Below are positions 21,482 to 31,982 of a stretch of 64,000 nt of DNA, in pieces. The notes under the pieces were generated by a model. It did no database searches, had not been told where the DNA came from, and was given only the letters and a program-made list of their open reading frames with translations. Source of the stretch: Propionicimonas sp. (GTDB lineage: Bacteria; Actinomycetota; Actinomycetes; Propionibacteriales; Propionibacteriaceae); assembly GCA_049840415.1 (NCBI GenBank), contig JASGLB010000009.1, positions 254,778-318,777 of the forward strand, in the 5' to 3' direction. The position numbers and the translations under genes were made by a program. How positions within the stretch are numbered: the stretch's first letter is position 1; each line of letters opens with the position of its first letter.

Positions 21482-23245
21482 CTAGCTACCGGTCGTCCCA
21501 GCCTGGGCACCGGTGCCCGGCGGTGGCCCCGGATCCAACCCCCGTTCGCGCTGATGCCACGCCCGGTAGGCCGCCACCGCGGTCGGCAGGGTGGCGAACA
21601 TCAGGTCGGGTCCGACCCGGTCGACCAGCCCGGTGGCCACCAACTGCGTCCGTACCTCGTTCTTCACCCGGGCGAGCGCGAACACGATGCCGCGATCGGC
21701 CAGCCCCCGCCGCAATTCCTCCAGCGCGTCCGCCGCGGTCAGATCGACCTCGGTATTGGCCTCGGCGTTCAGGACGAACCAGCGCACAGGTTGTTCGGCC
21801 TCCTCGACGGCGGCCAGCGCCCGGGAGCGGAAGTCCTCGGCGTTGGCGAAGAACAGCGGCGAGTCGTAGCGGTAGACCAGCAGGCCCGGGATCAGCGTGG
21901 AGTGCGGGTAGTCGTCGATGTCGTGCATCCCGGCCAGGCCGGGGACGAAACCCAGCACGCCGTCGTGCGGATGGACGATCCGGCGGATCAGATCCAGCAG
22001 CGACAGGGCGACCGCGATGCCCACCCCGACCAGCAGCCCGGTGGCCAGCACGGCGGCGAAGGTGACCAGGGCGAGGATCAGCTCGCTGCGCCGGAACCGC
22101 GCGATCCGGCGCAGTTCGGCCAGGTCCACCAGCCGCAGCCCGGCGTACACCACCAGCCCGGCCAGGGCGGCCTGTGGGATGGCGGCCAGCACCGGGCCGA
22201 GGACGAAGATCGAGCCGATCATCAGCCCCGCGGCCACCAGCGAGTGCAGCTGGGTGCGGCTGCCGGCGGCGTCGCCGATCACCGTCCGGCTGGCCGAGGC
22301 CGAGGAGGGCAGGCCGGAGACGAAGCCGTTGACCAGGTTGGCCGCGCTCAGCGCGAGCAGTTCAGCGTCGGCGTCGATCCGCTGGTTCTGCCGGGTGGCG
22401 AAGGAGCGTCCGGTCAGGATGACGTCGGAGTAGGCGACGACGGCGATGCCGACCGCGGCGCTGGCCAGCTGCAGCGGGTTGATGCCGGCCAGGCTGGGCA
22501 GGGTCAGCGCCGGGAGTTCGCGGGGGATCTCGCCGATCAGTTCGACGCCGGCTCCGGCCAGGCCGGTCAGCCCGACCACGGCGGCACTGGCCAGGATCAC
22601 CAGCAGCGGCCCGGGCCAGCGTGGTGCCCAGCGGCGCAGCGCGAACAGCGCTCCGGTCACCCCCAGCGCCAGGAGCAGCGTGGGGAGGTGGACATGGCGC
22701 CCCTGGCTGAGCAGCGACCAGGTCTGGTCCCAGGGGTGGTCGCCGGCGATGCTCAGCCGGGTGAGCGTCGGGTACTGGCTGACCACCATCAGAATGCCGA
22801 TGCCGGCTAGGTAGCCGACCAGCACCGGTTTGGAGAGCAGGTTGGCCAGGAAGCCCAGCCGGGCCAGCCGGGCGACTGCGAAGACCACGCCGCAGGCCAG
22901 CGCCAGCAGCGCGGCCACCTCGGCGCGGCGCTGGCCGTCCACCTCGCTGGCCAGGGTGACGATCGCGACCGCGGTCATCAACGCGGTGGTGGACTCCGGC
23001 CCGACCGAGAGCTGCCGCGAGGTGCCCAGCACCGCGTAGGTCAGCATCGGGGCGAGGGTGGCCCACAGCCCGACCACCGGCGGCAGTCCGACGATCTCGG
23101 CGTAGGCCATCACCTGCGGCACCAGGTAGGCCGAGACGGTCACCCCGGCGATCAGATCCGGACGCAGCCAATCGCGGCGATAGGACGTGAGCACGGCCAG
23201 GCCCGGCAGCCACCTCCGCCAGCCCCGTGCCACGTCCCGGTCCAC
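21482..23245 (-). CDS. SulP-family anion transporter with STAS domain
   Basis: PQVMAYA, SVGPES, SASASRT and LFFANA motifs. Confidence 0.93.
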   Translation of the reverse strand: MDRDVARGWRRWLPGLAVLTSYRRDWLRPDLIAGVTVSAYLVPQVMAYAEIVGLPPVVGLWATLAPMLTYAVLGTSRQLSVGPESTTALMTAVAIVTLASEVDGQRRAEVAALLALACGVVFAVARLARLGFLANLLSKPVLVGYLAGIGILMVVSQYPTLTRLSIAGDHPWDQTWSLLSQGRHVHLPTLLLALGVTGALFALRRWAPRWPGPLLVILASAAVVGLTGLAGAGVELIGEIPRELPALTLPSLAGINPLQLASAAVGIAVVAYSDVILTGRSFATRQNQRIDADAELLALSAANLVNGFVSGLPSSASASRTVIGDAAGSRTQLHSLVAAGLMIGSIFVLGPVLAAIPQAALAGLVVYAGLRLVDLAELRRIARFRRSELILALVTFAAVLATGLLVGVGIAVALSLLDLIRRIVHPHDGVLGFVPGLAGMHDIDDYPHSTLIPGLLVYRYDSPLFFANAEDFRSRALAAVEEAEQPVRWFVLNAEANTEVDLTAADALEELRRGLADRGIVFALARVKNEVRTQLVATGLVDRVGPDLMFATLPTAVAAYRAWHQRERGLDPGPPPGTGAQAGTTGS

Positions 23246-23282
23246 GTTCAGAACGCTACCGGCTGGGACGCGAAAGCCGGCG

Positions 23283-24890
23283 CTACTTGGGCTCGATCGA
23301 CTTGATCCAGGCGCCCTTCAGACCCAGGGCGGTGCGCCAGCCCTCGGCCGTCCTGGTGATCGACTTGGTCTTGCCGGTAGTGGTGGTCGCGGTCAGCGTC
23401 TTGACCAGCCCGCCGTCGTACCGGGCGGTGACGGCGATCCTGGTGATACCGGTGAGACCGAAGATGGTCGCCGCCCTCGGTTGGCTGAGCGGGGCCGTCC
23501 AGGCCTTCAACGAGGCCGGTGCCGCCTTGGCCGAGTACGGATCGTCGACATGCCTGTGGTAGCTGATCGCCGGGAAGGCGGTGCCGAAGGCGTCGGCCTC
23601 GGCGGCGGTGCCGCGGTAGACCTTGCCGCCCAGCTGATACTCCCCCGAGGCCGCGAAGTAGAGGGCGCGGTCAATGCCGCCGCTCGAGGTGCGCAGCACG
23701 TTGACCTGGGTGCCCTGAATGGTGGCGTTGACAGCGGCCACCCAGGGGGCGTTGTCGGCGCCCTCGGACTTGGTGGCACCCTTGAAGTTCTGGCTACGCG
23801 GGTCGTCGAACACATGGCAGTCACAGGCGGGGTTGGCGGTCTCGTAGTCGGAGTCCGAGGTCTTCCACTTGCCCGCCTGCGCGATCACGTAGTTGCGGGC
23901 CACCACCACCTGGGCCTTGAGGGCTTCCATGCCCTGTGACGTCCTGCCCCAGCTCGAGGGCATCTCATCGATGCCGTAGAGGTACTCGGTGTTCATCGCC
24001 AGCTGGTTGACCACGTTCGGCTGGTTCTTGAGGTTGGAGATCAGGAACGATCCGTACTTGTAGGTCCCCTGCGCTCCGGCCACGGTGGCGATGCCCTGGT
24101 TGTCCCAGTTGACCCGCAGCCTGGCTGCGGCCACGGTGGTCTGCTCGCCACCGGCCGCGACGAACCTCGCGGTCACCTTTCCGGCGCTCACCCCGATCTC
24201 GACCCTGGCCGCCGGGGCGGTCTGCTGGCTGTTGCCCGTGGCCACGTCGGTCACGGTGAAGACCTTGGCGCCCGGGCCGGACGCGAACCCCAGCGTGGTG
24301 GAGGTTCGCGAATCACTACCGGGGCCGAGGATCTGGACCTTGACCGTGCGGGGGTTGTTGTTGGCGGTCCCCAGCTTGGCGGACGGGTAGTAGTACCCGA
24401 GAATGTCGGCGACCTTCTTCCCGTCCAGCGCCGACCGGTAGGCGCCGTACTGCGACATGCCCACCCCGTGGCCCGAGCCGGAGCCGCTGATGGTGAACGT
24501 CGCGGGGACGAACCGCACCAGCTGCGACGTGCTCTTCGCCTTGCCCTTGACGTAGAAGCGGTAGGTCCGGTTCCGCGCCTTCGAGCTCTTCACGGTCACG
24601 GTCGCCTTGCCGTTCTTGACCGTCACCGTCTTGTCGGTGACCCACTTCGAGCCCTTCTTGTACTGCAGCTTGACCTTGGCGCTCTTCACCGGCTTGCCGT
24701 TCTTGGTGTAGCGCACGGTGAGTTTGTGGCTGGTACCGGTGGTGACCGTCCCGGCGCCGGTCGCGGAGAGCTTGTACCTGGTGGCCGCCTGGGCGGTGCC
24801 GGCGGCGGCAGCCAGCCCCATGGTGGCCAGCAGGCCGATCACCAGCGCCCACACCACGATGTGCTTCAGCGAGAGACGTGATTTCTTCAT
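23283..24890 (-). CDS. Secreted SpoIID/LytB-domain peptidoglycan lytic enzyme with Lys-rich N-terminal domain
   Basis: GSGHGVGMSQYGA, EYLYGIDEMPSSW and EALKAQVVVARNY motifs; signal peptide. Confidence 0.88.
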   Translation of the reverse strand: MKKSRLSLKHIVVWALVIGLLATMGLAAAAGTAQAATRYKLSATGAGTVTTGTSHKLTVRYTKNGKPVKSAKVKLQYKKGSKWVTDKTVTVKNGKATVTVKSSKARNRTYRFYVKGKAKSTSQLVRFVPATFTISGSGSGHGVGMSQYGAYRSALDGKKVADILGYYYPSAKLGTANNNPRTVKVQILGPGSDSRTSTTLGFASGPGAKVFTVTDVATGNSQQTAPAARVEIGVSAGKVTARFVAAGGEQTTVAAARLRVNWDNQGIATVAGAQGTYKYGSFLISNLKNQPNVVNQLAMNTEYLYGIDEMPSSWGRTSQGMEALKAQVVVARNYVIAQAGKWKTSDSDYETANPACDCHVFDDPRSQNFKGATKSEGADNAPWVAAVNATIQGTQVNVLRTSSGGIDRALYFAASGEYQLGGKVYRGTAAEADAFGTAFPAISYHRHVDDPYSAKAAPASLKAWTAPLSQPRAATIFGLTGITRIAVTARYDGGLVKTLTATTTTGKTKSITRTAEGWRTALGLKGAWIKSIEPK

Positions 24891-24926
24891 CACCGTCCAG
24901 TCTGCCACCAGAACCGTGCTCCGAAC

Positions 24927-24980
24927 GACCCTTCGTCAGGCTCAGGGATCGTTCGTCAGGCCCGGGGACGTCCGTCAGGC
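24927..24980. repeat. REP-like element GACCCTTCGTCAGGCTCAGGGATCG followed by partial tandem copies
   Basis: Shares GACCCTTCG...AGGGAWCG ends with copies at 40747 and 47171; CGTCAGGC occurs three times. Confidence 0.65.
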
Positions 24981-26930
24981 GGAGCGTTGCACGACGGTCA
25001 GCGGCAGCAGGGAGCGGCCGGTGGGCCCGATCTGGATGTCGGTGCCCATGGTCGGGCAGACCCCGCAGTCGTAGCAGCCGCTCCAGCGGCAGTCCTCCAC
25101 CTCGGCGCCGGCCACCGCGTCCTGCCAGTCCTGCCACAGCCAGTCCCGGTCCAGGCCGGAATCCAGGTGATCCCAGGGCAGCACCTCGCCCCGCGGCCGT
25201 TCCCGGGTGGTGTACCAGGCCAGGTCGACGCCGTGCGGCGCGAGCGCCTGCTCGGCGCAGGCCACCCAGCGGTCGTAGGAGAAGTGCTCGCTCCAGCCGT
25301 CGAAGTGGCCGCCGTCCCGCCACACCGCCTCAATCACATCCCCCACCCGGCGGTCGCCGCGCGAGAGCAATCCCTCGATCATGCCGGGCTTGCCGTCGTG
25401 GTAGCGCATCCCGATCGCCCGGCCGTACCGCTTGTCGGCCCGGATCCTGTCCCGCAGCGCGTGCAGCCGACGGTCGATGGTCTCCGGGTCGGTCTGCCCG
25501 GCCCACTGGAACGGGGTGTGCGGTTTGGGGACGAAGCCGCCAATGCTGATGGTGCAGCGGATGTCCCGGGTGCCCGCCGCCTGTCGTCCGGTCTCGATCA
25601 CCCGGGCGGCCATGTCGGCGATCGCGGTGACGTCCTCGTCGGTCTCGGTCGGCAGGCCGCACATGAAGTACAGCTTGACCTGCCGCCAGCCCTGGCCGAA
25701 GGCCGCGGCCACGGTGTTGATCAGGTCGTCCTCGCTGACCATCTTGTTGATCACCTTGCGCATCCGCTCGGTGCCGCCCTCGGGGGCGAAGGTGAGGCCG
25801 GAGCGGCGTCCGTTGCGGGAGAGCTCGTTGGCCAGGTCGATGTTGAAGGCGTCCACCCGGGTGCTGGGCAGCGAGAGCGAGACCTGGTCGGCCTCGTACC
25901 GGTCGGCCAGCTGGTGGGTGATCTCGCCGATCTCGGAGTGGTCGGCCGAGGAGAGGCTGAGCAGGCCGACCTCCTCCAGGCCGGTGGCGGCCAGCCCGGC
26001 CTCCACCATCTTCCCGACGGTCTCGATGTTCCGCTCCCGTACCGGGCGGGTGATCATCCCGGCCTGGCAGAACCGGCAGCCGCGGGTGCAGCCGCGGAAG
26101 ATCTCCACCGAGTAGCGCTCGTGGACGGTCTCCGCCAGCGGCACGATCGGCTGCATCGGGTAGGGCCACTCGTCCAGCTCCATCAGGGTGTGCTTGGCCG
26201 GCCGCTCCGGCACCCCGGGACGGTTGGGTACCACGGCCTCGATCGCGCCGTCCGGCCGGTAGCTGACGTCGTACAGGCTGGGGACGTAGGCGACGCCGCT
26301 GCGGGCCAGCCGCAGCAGGATCTCGTCCCGGCCACCCGGGCGGCCCTCGGCCTTCCACTGCCGCAGCAGTTCGGAGAGCCGGACGGCGGCCTGCTCGCCG
26401 TCGCCCAGCACGGCGGCGTCGATGAAGGCGGCGATCGGCTCGGGGTTGAAGGCGGCGTGCCCGCCGGCGATCACCAGCGGATCGTCCAGCCCCCGGTCGG
26501 CGGCGTGCAGCGGGATCTGGGCCAGATCCAGCGACTCCAGCAGGTTGGTGTAGCCCAGCTCGGTGGAGAAGCTCACCCCGAGCAGGTCGAAGGCCGCCAC
26601 CGGCAGGTGGTTCTCCAGGGTGAACTGCGGGATGCCTTCGGCGCGCATCAGCCCGGCCAGGTCGGGCCAGATGGTGTAGCTCCGCTCGGCGCAGATCCAC
26701 TCCCGCTCGTTGAGCAGCTCGTAGAGGATCGCCAGGCCCTGGTTGGGCTGGCCGACCTCGTAGGCGTCGGGGTACATCAGCACCCACCGCACCTCGGTAT
26801 CGGCGAACCGCTTGGGCTGGGAGTTCACCTCGCCGCCGATGTACTGCACCGGCTTGGCGACCCTGGCCAGCAGCGGCTCGAGCCGGCTGAACAGGGACGC
26901 GGGTGGGTTCTGCTGAAGGTCGACACTCAT
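24975..26930 (-). CDS. TIGR03960-family radical SAM protein
   Basis: RGCTRGCRFCQAG (CxxxCxxC), YPDAYEVG and C-terminal CxxxxCxxCxxC motifs. Confidence 0.93.
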   Translation of the reverse strand: MSVDLQQNPPASLFSRLEPLLARVAKPVQYIGGEVNSQPKRFADTEVRWVLMYPDAYEVGQPNQGLAILYELLNEREWICAERSYTIWPDLAGLMRAEGIPQFTLENHLPVAAFDLLGVSFSTELGYTNLLESLDLAQIPLHAADRGLDDPLVIAGGHAAFNPEPIAAFIDAAVLGDGEQAAVRLSELLRQWKAEGRPGGRDEILLRLARSGVAYVPSLYDVSYRPDGAIEAVVPNRPGVPERPAKHTLMELDEWPYPMQPIVPLAETVHERYSVEIFRGCTRGCRFCQAGMITRPVRERNIETVGKMVEAGLAATGLEEVGLLSLSSADHSEIGEITHQLADRYEADQVSLSLPSTRVDAFNIDLANELSRNGRRSGLTFAPEGGTERMRKVINKMVSEDDLINTVAAAFGQGWRQVKLYFMCGLPTETDEDVTAIADMAARVIETGRQAAGTRDIRCTISIGGFVPKPHTPFQWAGQTDPETIDRRLHALRDRIRADKRYGRAIGMRYHDGKPGMIEGLLSRGDRRVGDVIEAVWRDGGHFDGWSEHFSYDRWVACAEQALAPHGVDLAWYTTRERPRGEVLPWDHLDSGLDRDWLWQDWQDAVAGAEVEDCRWSGCYDCGVCPTMGTDIQIGPTGRSLLPLTVVQRSA

Positions 26931-27004
26931 GGTCAGGCCAGCGTAAACGGCCGCGCGGGCGGGCACAAACCCCCACCCGCTACGGCTTACGCGGAAACCT
27001 GTCG

Positions 27005-27694
27005 CTACAGCTCGTCGATCGAGGCGTGCGGCTGGGCGTTCTCGATCACCAGGTCGGCCTTCAACTCCGGCTGGCAGTCGCGCAGGTAGAGCAGTTGGCC
27101 CTCGTAGTAGCGGGCATTGCTGGGATCGCGGGGATCGACGCTGTAGCCCTCGCGTTCGTGCAGCCGGCGGTAGGCCTCCTCGAACGGCACGTCCAGCCAG
27201 ACCGAGTAGTCCCACACCTTGTGGGTGCGGCTGGTGGCGAACTCCTGACGATGCAGGAACAGCCCGTCGATGAGCACCACCGCGTTGTCCGGCGCCACCT
27301 GCCAGGGCGAGGTGACCGGGGTCTCGGTGGCCAGGTTGTAGGCCGCGGTGCGGTACCGGCCCGAGCCCTCCCGGCCCAGCGGTTCCAGCACCTCGTCGTG
27401 GAACTTCTGGTAGTCGTAGCTGTCCTCGTAGAACCCGCGCGGCGAGGTGCGCCCCTGGGCGTAGCGCACCGACTGCGGGTTGAGGTAGTTGGCCAGCGAG
27501 ATCCGGATGGTCGAGGCGCCGCACTCCTCCACCATCGCCGCGACATCGTCGGCGAAGGTGGCCTTGCCGGAGCCGTCCACGCCGTCGATCCCGACCAGCG
27601 CCCTTCCGGCGCGGTTCCGCAACTTGGCGCGCAGCCACTTCAGTCCACCGGCGGCGTCCAGCCTCAACGCCGGATCGGTCGGCCCCTCACTCAT
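27005..27694 (-). CDS. Uridine kinase-like P-loop kinase
   Basis: VGIDGVDGSGKATFA, LIDGLFLHR and RYYEGQLLY motifs. Confidence 0.8.
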   Translation of the reverse strand: MSEGPTDPALRLDAAGGLKWLRAKLRNRAGRALVGIDGVDGSGKATFADDVAAMVEECGASTIRISLANYLNPQSVRYAQGRTSPRGFYEDSYDYQKFHDEVLEPLGREGSGRYRTAAYNLATETPVTSPWQVAPDNAVVLIDGLFLHRQEFATSRTHKVWDYSVWLDVPFEEAYRRLHEREGYSVDPRDPSNARYYEGQLLYLRDCQPELKADLVIENAQPHASIDEL

Positions 27695-27708
27695 GCCTTC
27701 GTCACTCC

Positions 27709-28758
27709 CTATGGGTGGGCGGGCCGTTCCGGCCCTGTCCATCCCACGCTACCCCACCTGGCCGGTGCCGCACTGCGGGCGAGCTTCTCCCGCGAGCCCT
27801 GCCACAACATCGCGGCGGCCACCAGGGTCACCACGGCCAGCTGAATCAGCACCAGCGGGCTGCCGGCGCCGGCCTCCCGGTCGAACAGCCCGTCCAGCCC
27901 GCTGAACGGCAACAACAGCATGCCCAGCAGGTTGTTCGCCACGTGCAGCGCGATGGACGCCTCCAGCCCGCCGGTCCGCCAGGTCAGCACGCAGCCCACC
28001 ACCCCGAAGTAGAGGTAGAAGGCGTTCAGCCAGGGGTCGCCGGCGCCATGCAGCAGCATGAACACCACGGCCGTGACGGCGGTGGAGACCACCAGGCCGG
28101 CCCGGTTGCCGGGGAACCAGGAGCCGATCGAGCGGGCGGCCAGGCCGCGCAGCGCGAACTCCTCGCCCGCCGCCTGCAGCGGCGTGGTCAGCAGCACCGA
28201 CAGCAGCAGGAACCAGGTCTCGGGCCGGACCCGGAGATCCTGCGGCCAGCCGGTGATGGCGGTCTCGACCGCCATCCAGGCAAGGTAGGCAATCGTCGCC
28301 AACCCCAGGAAGCGGCCGAAGACGCCCCAGCGGAACCGGCCGGCGACCGACGACAGCCAGCCGATCGGCTGGCCGAACACCACCCGGTGGGCGGCCCAGG
28401 CCAGCGGGATCGCCGCGGCCAGCACCAGGTTGTTGGCCAGGAAGAACATCGGGGTGAGCGACTTGCCGGTCAGCAGGCCCTCCAGATCCAGCTCGCCGGC
28501 GGCGTAGTCGTAGGCCATCGCGGCCAGGGTCAGCACCAATGAGACCAGGAACCAGGAGCCGGCGAACATCCCCAGCGCGAGCAGCGGACGCCACCAGCGG
28601 AATCGCGGCGTCCGGTAGAACTCGTGGTACTCCCGGGCCACCACCGGCAGCGCCGGCGGCGGTACCGGGGGCGGGGCGACCGGCTGCCAGCCCGGTGCCG
28701 GGTACTGGCCGGGCGGCCAACTCTGCGGTGGGCCCGGCGGCGGATAGGACTGGGACAC
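27709..28758 (-). CDS. CPBP/Abi (CAAX) intramembrane protease
   Basis: QAAGEEFALRG, FMLLH and HVANN motifs. Confidence 0.9.
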   Translation of the reverse strand: MSQSYPPPGPPQSWPPGQYPAPGWQPVAPPPVPPPALPVVAREYHEFYRTPRFRWWRPLLALGMFAGSWFLVSLVLTLAAMAYDYAAGELDLEGLLTGKSLTPMFFLANNLVLAAAIPLAWAAHRVVFGQPIGWLSSVAGRFRWGVFGRFLGLATIAYLAWMAVETAITGWPQDLRVRPETWFLLLSVLLTTPLQAAGEEFALRGLAARSIGSWFPGNRAGLVVSTAVTAVVFMLLHGAGDPWLNAFYLYFGVVGCVLTWRTGGLEASIALHVANNLLGMLLLPFSGLDGLFDREAGAGSPLVLIQLAVVTLVAAAMLWQGSREKLARSAAPARWGSVGWTGPERPAHP

Positions 28759-28761
28759 CGG

Positions 28762-29172
28762 TCAGACCAGGGTCGGGAACCAGAGCGCGATCTCGCGGGC
28801 GGCGGACTCCTCCGAATCGGAGGCGTGCACCAGGTTCTCCCGGTTGGAAAGCGACAGGTCGCCGCGGATGGTTCCCGGGGCCGCCTCGGCGCCGTTGGTC
28901 GCGCCGTTCATCGCCCGCACCACCTCGATCGCCGCGGTGCCCGCCAGCACCAGGGCGACCAGTGGGCCGGAGGTGATGAACTCGCGCAGCGGCGGGTACC
29001 AGGGCTTCTCGACGTGCTCGGCGTAGTGCCGGTCGGCCTGCGCGGCGTCCACCTGGCGCTGTTCCAGGGCCACGATGGTCAGGCCCTTGGCTTCGTAGCG
29101 GGCCAGGATGGTGCCCGCCAGGCCGCGGCGGACCGCGTCCGGCTTGATCAGAACCAGGGTGCGTTGCGTCAT
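28762..29172 (-). CDS. ndk: Nucleoside diphosphate kinase
   Basis: LIKPDAV, PGTIRGD and NLVHASDS motifs. Confidence 0.98.
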   Translation of the reverse strand: MTQRTLVLIKPDAVRRGLAGTILARYEAKGLTIVALEQRQVDAAQADRHYAEHVEKPWYPPLREFITSGPLVALVLAGTAAIEVVRAMNGATNGAEAAPGTIRGDLSLSNRENLVHASDSEESAAREIALWFPTLV

Positions 29173-29182
29173 GTCCCCGACC

Positions 29183-29530
29183 CTACCGGCTGGCGGCGTT
29201 CACGCCCTCCAGGCGGCGCCCGAGGAAGAAACTGACCACCCAGAGCAGCGCGAAGACGCCGCCGATCCAGTACATCCACGGGGTCAGCACGCCCAGCGCG
29301 ATCACGTACACCTGGGTCAGCCAGGCCAGCGGGTAGCCGATCGCGGTGCGCAGCAGCCCGGCGGCCGCCAGGGCGAGCACGATACCGATGCTGGCCGTGG
29401 TCACCGCCACCGGCGTCGGGACATTGTCGACCTGGATCATGCCGGCGATGGCCAGCCCGAAGACGATCGCCTCGAAGGCCAGGATCGACAGCAGCGGGCT
29501 GCGCATCGGGTTCTTCGGGCCGAGTCTCAT
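29183..29530 (-). CDS. DUF4233-like membrane protein
   Basis: Four TM segments; usual position between folC and ndk. Confidence 0.8.
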   Translation of the reverse strand: MRLGPKNPMRSPLLSILAFEAIVFGLAIAGMIQVDNVPTPVAVTTASIGIVLALAAAGLLRTAIGYPLAWLTQVYVIALGVLTPWMYWIGGVFALLWVVSFFLGRRLEGVNAASR

Positions 29531-30870
29531 GCGTCGTCCTCCTCAGCGTGCGGCCGCAACAGGGTACGCGCCTCACCGGCGGCGTAGACCGAGCCGGCGA
29601 TCAGGATGCCGGCGCCCGGGCCGGCCTCGTCGGCCAGCCGGACCGCCTCGTCCAGGGCGTCGGACAGCCGCTGCCGGGTGATCACCCGGTCGGCGCCGAA
29701 GGCCTGCGTCGCCAGCTCGGCCAGGTCGTCCGGGGTCATCGCCCGCGGCGTGCCGGAGATCCCGGTCACCACCACGGTGGTCATCGCCTCGGCGAACACG
29801 TCCAGGACGCCCCGTACGTCCTTGTCGGCCATCATCGCCACCACGCCGATCAACGGGGTGAAGTCGAACGCCTCGGTGAGGGCGTCGATGGTGGCCCGGG
29901 CGCCGTGCGGGTTGTGGCAGGTGTCCAGCACCATGGTCGGCGAACGCCGGACCACCTCCAGCCGGGCCGGAGCGACCACCGCGTCCAGGCCGTCGGCGAT
30001 CACCTCGGCGGGCAGCGCACGTCCGCCCAGGAAGGCTTCGCAGGCGGCCACCGCCAGCGCCGCGTTGCGCGCCATGTGGGCGCCGAACAGCGGTAGCACC
30101 AGGTCGCCCAGCGGGCCGTCAGCAGTCTCGAGGCGGAGCACCTGGCCGCCGACCGCCAGCTGCCGGTCGATCAGGCCGAAGTCCACCCCTTCGAGCAGCA
30201 CCTTGGCGCCCACCTCGGCGGCCCGGGCGACCAGCACCTTGGCGGCCTCGGGCTCCTGCCCGGCCAGCACGGCGGTGGAGCCGGGCTTGATGATGCCGGC
30301 CTTCTCGGTGGCGATCTCGGTCAGCGTCGCCCCCAGCAGCTGGGTGTGGTCGAAGTCGATCGGGCAGATCACCGCGACCGCCGGGTCGGCGACGCTGGTG
30401 GCGTCCCAGCTGCCCCCCATTCCCACCTCGACCACGGCCACGTCCACCGGCGCCTGGGAGAAGGCGGTGTAGGCCAGCGCGATCATCACCTCGTAGAAGG
30501 TCAGCGCCACGCCGTCGATGCCCCGTTCGTCCACCAGGTCGACGTAGGGCTGGATCTCGGCTACCAGTTCATCGAACCGGTCGGCGCTGATCGGCTCGCC
30601 GTCGATCACGATCCGCTCGGTGATGTCCTGCAGGTGCGGGCTGGTGATCCGGCCCACCCGCAGCCCGAGGGAGCGCAGCAGGGTGTCGATCATGATCGCG
30701 GTGCTGCCCTTGCCATTGGTGCCGGCGATCTGGATCACCGGGCAGGAACGCTGGGGCGAGCCGAGCAGGTCGCAGAGCGCCTCGATCCGGCCGAGCCCGC
30801 GGGCGATCCGGTGCTCCGGCCAGCGGCTGGTGAGGGCGGCGACGATCTCGGCGTGGGAGGTTGGGCTCAT
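29527..30870 (-). CDS. folC: Folylpolyglutamate/dihydrofolate synthase
   Basis: AGTNGKGST, TSPHL, EVGMGGSWDAT and HNPHGA motifs. Confidence 0.96.
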   Translation of the reverse strand: MSPTSHAEIVAALTSRWPEHRIARGLGRIEALCDLLGSPQRSCPVIQIAGTNGKGSTAIMIDTLLRSLGLRVGRITSPHLQDITERIVIDGEPISADRFDELVAEIQPYVDLVDERGIDGVALTFYEVMIALAYTAFSQAPVDVAVVEVGMGGSWDATSVADPAVAVICPIDFDHTQLLGATLTEIATEKAGIIKPGSTAVLAGQEPEAAKVLVARAAEVGAKVLLEGVDFGLIDRQLAVGGQVLRLETADGPLGDLVLPLFGAHMARNAALAVAACEAFLGGRALPAEVIADGLDAVVAPARLEVVRRSPTMVLDTCHNPHGARATIDALTEAFDFTPLIGVVAMMADKDVRGVLDVFAEAMTTVVVTGISGTPRAMTPDDLAELATQAFGADRVITRQRLSDALDEAVRLADEAGPGAGILIAGSVYAAGEARTLLRPHAEEDDA

Positions 30871-30928
30871 GGTGGGCACAGCCTACCGCCGTCGCGGCGG
30901 CCGAACGGTGCCGGCGTCCGGCGGCGGG

Positions 30929-31858
30929 TCAGCTGGCGGGCTGGTTCCGCGCCCGGCGCTGCAGGTCCGGACGGTGCGACACCACCGCCGCCGAGGTGAG
31001 GTCCAGCGCCCGCATCGCGCGGTCGTGGTCGACCCGGGCCACCAGCAGGTACAGCAGGTTGATCACGAACTGCTGGGCGGACTGCGCGGCCAACTCCCCC
31101 GGGTTCAGGTAGTGCCCCGACGGGCAGGTCTGAATCTGCACCTCGGCGGCCCGCGCGATCGGCGACCGCGGATCGCTGGTCAGCGCCACGGTGAACGCGC
31201 CGCACTGCCTGGCCAGCGAGATCAGTTCCAGCGTCTCGCTGGTCTGACCGGAGTTGGACAGGGCGATCGCGACGCTGCCCTCGCCGAGCAGCGCGGCGCT
31301 GGCCAGGCCCAGATGGGCCTCCACCCAGACGTGGGCGTTCACCCCGATCCGGTACAGCCGCTGCTGCAGCCCGACCGCCATCACCCCGCTGCCGCCCATC
31401 CCGTAGACGTCGACGTGCCGGCTCGCGCTGATCCGGTTGGCGACCCGCTCGACCGCGGCCACGTCCAACAGGTCGACGGCGGTCTGCAGCAGCGCCAGCT
31501 GAGCGGCCAGCAGATCCCGAACGATCTGGCCGGTGGTGTGGTCGGGGTCGAAGGTGTGACCTGCCTCCCGCAGCCAGGACTCGGTGGCGCTGGAGCGGCC
31601 GGCGTCGGCGGCCGCGCTCATCCGCAGCGCGGGATAGCCCGAGTAGCCGAGCAGCTGGCAGAACCGGGTGACGGTGGCAGCGGAGGTGCCGACCTGCCCG
31701 GCCAGCTCGCTGATCGACAGGGTGAGCACCGCCTCCGGCTGCTCCACCAGGAACCGCGCGATCCTGGTCATGGAGTGCGAGAGGTGCGGCGTCGCCGCCC
31801 GGATCCGCGCGGACACCCCGAGGGTGGCGCCGGAGAGCGGCGGCTCGCTGGTGCTCAT
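30929..31858 (-). CDS. RpiR/MurR family regulator (HTH plus SIS)
   Basis: SISELAGQVGTSAATVTRFCQLLGYSGY; YGMGGS; LSNSGQT. Confidence 0.93.
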   Translation of the reverse strand: MSTSEPPLSGATLGVSARIRAATPHLSHSMTRIARFLVEQPEAVLTLSISELAGQVGTSAATVTRFCQLLGYSGYPALRMSAAADAGRSSATESWLREAGHTFDPDHTTGQIVRDLLAAQLALLQTAVDLLDVAAVERVANRISASRHVDVYGMGGSGVMAVGLQQRLYRIGVNAHVWVEAHLGLASAALLGEGSVAIALSNSGQTSETLELISLARQCGAFTVALTSDPRSPIARAAEVQIQTCPSGHYLNPGELAAQSAQQFVINLLYLLVARVDHDRAMRALDLTSAAVVSHRPDLQRRARNQPAS

Positions 31859-31982
31859 CTGAAAAGTCCGTCCGTTCCTTGGGGCGTGGCTCGCAAACTA
31901 CTATCGGCGGTCGGATCCGTCCACCGCCCACCGCCGGTCGCGGTCACCGAATCGGTCCGCCCGAAGCCCTAAGATTCACCTC

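Noticed and set aside
17876-22810. 1644-aa plus-strand ORF and many other long antisense ORFs (e.g. 7790-9682, 24987-27089, 31944-34505, 42482-44677)
   Set aside because: Shadow frames opposite well-supported genes, expected at this GC content; no recognisable motifs.
31859-31982. T-box riboswitch upstream of valS
   Set aside because: No T-box consensus is visible and valS appears leaderless.
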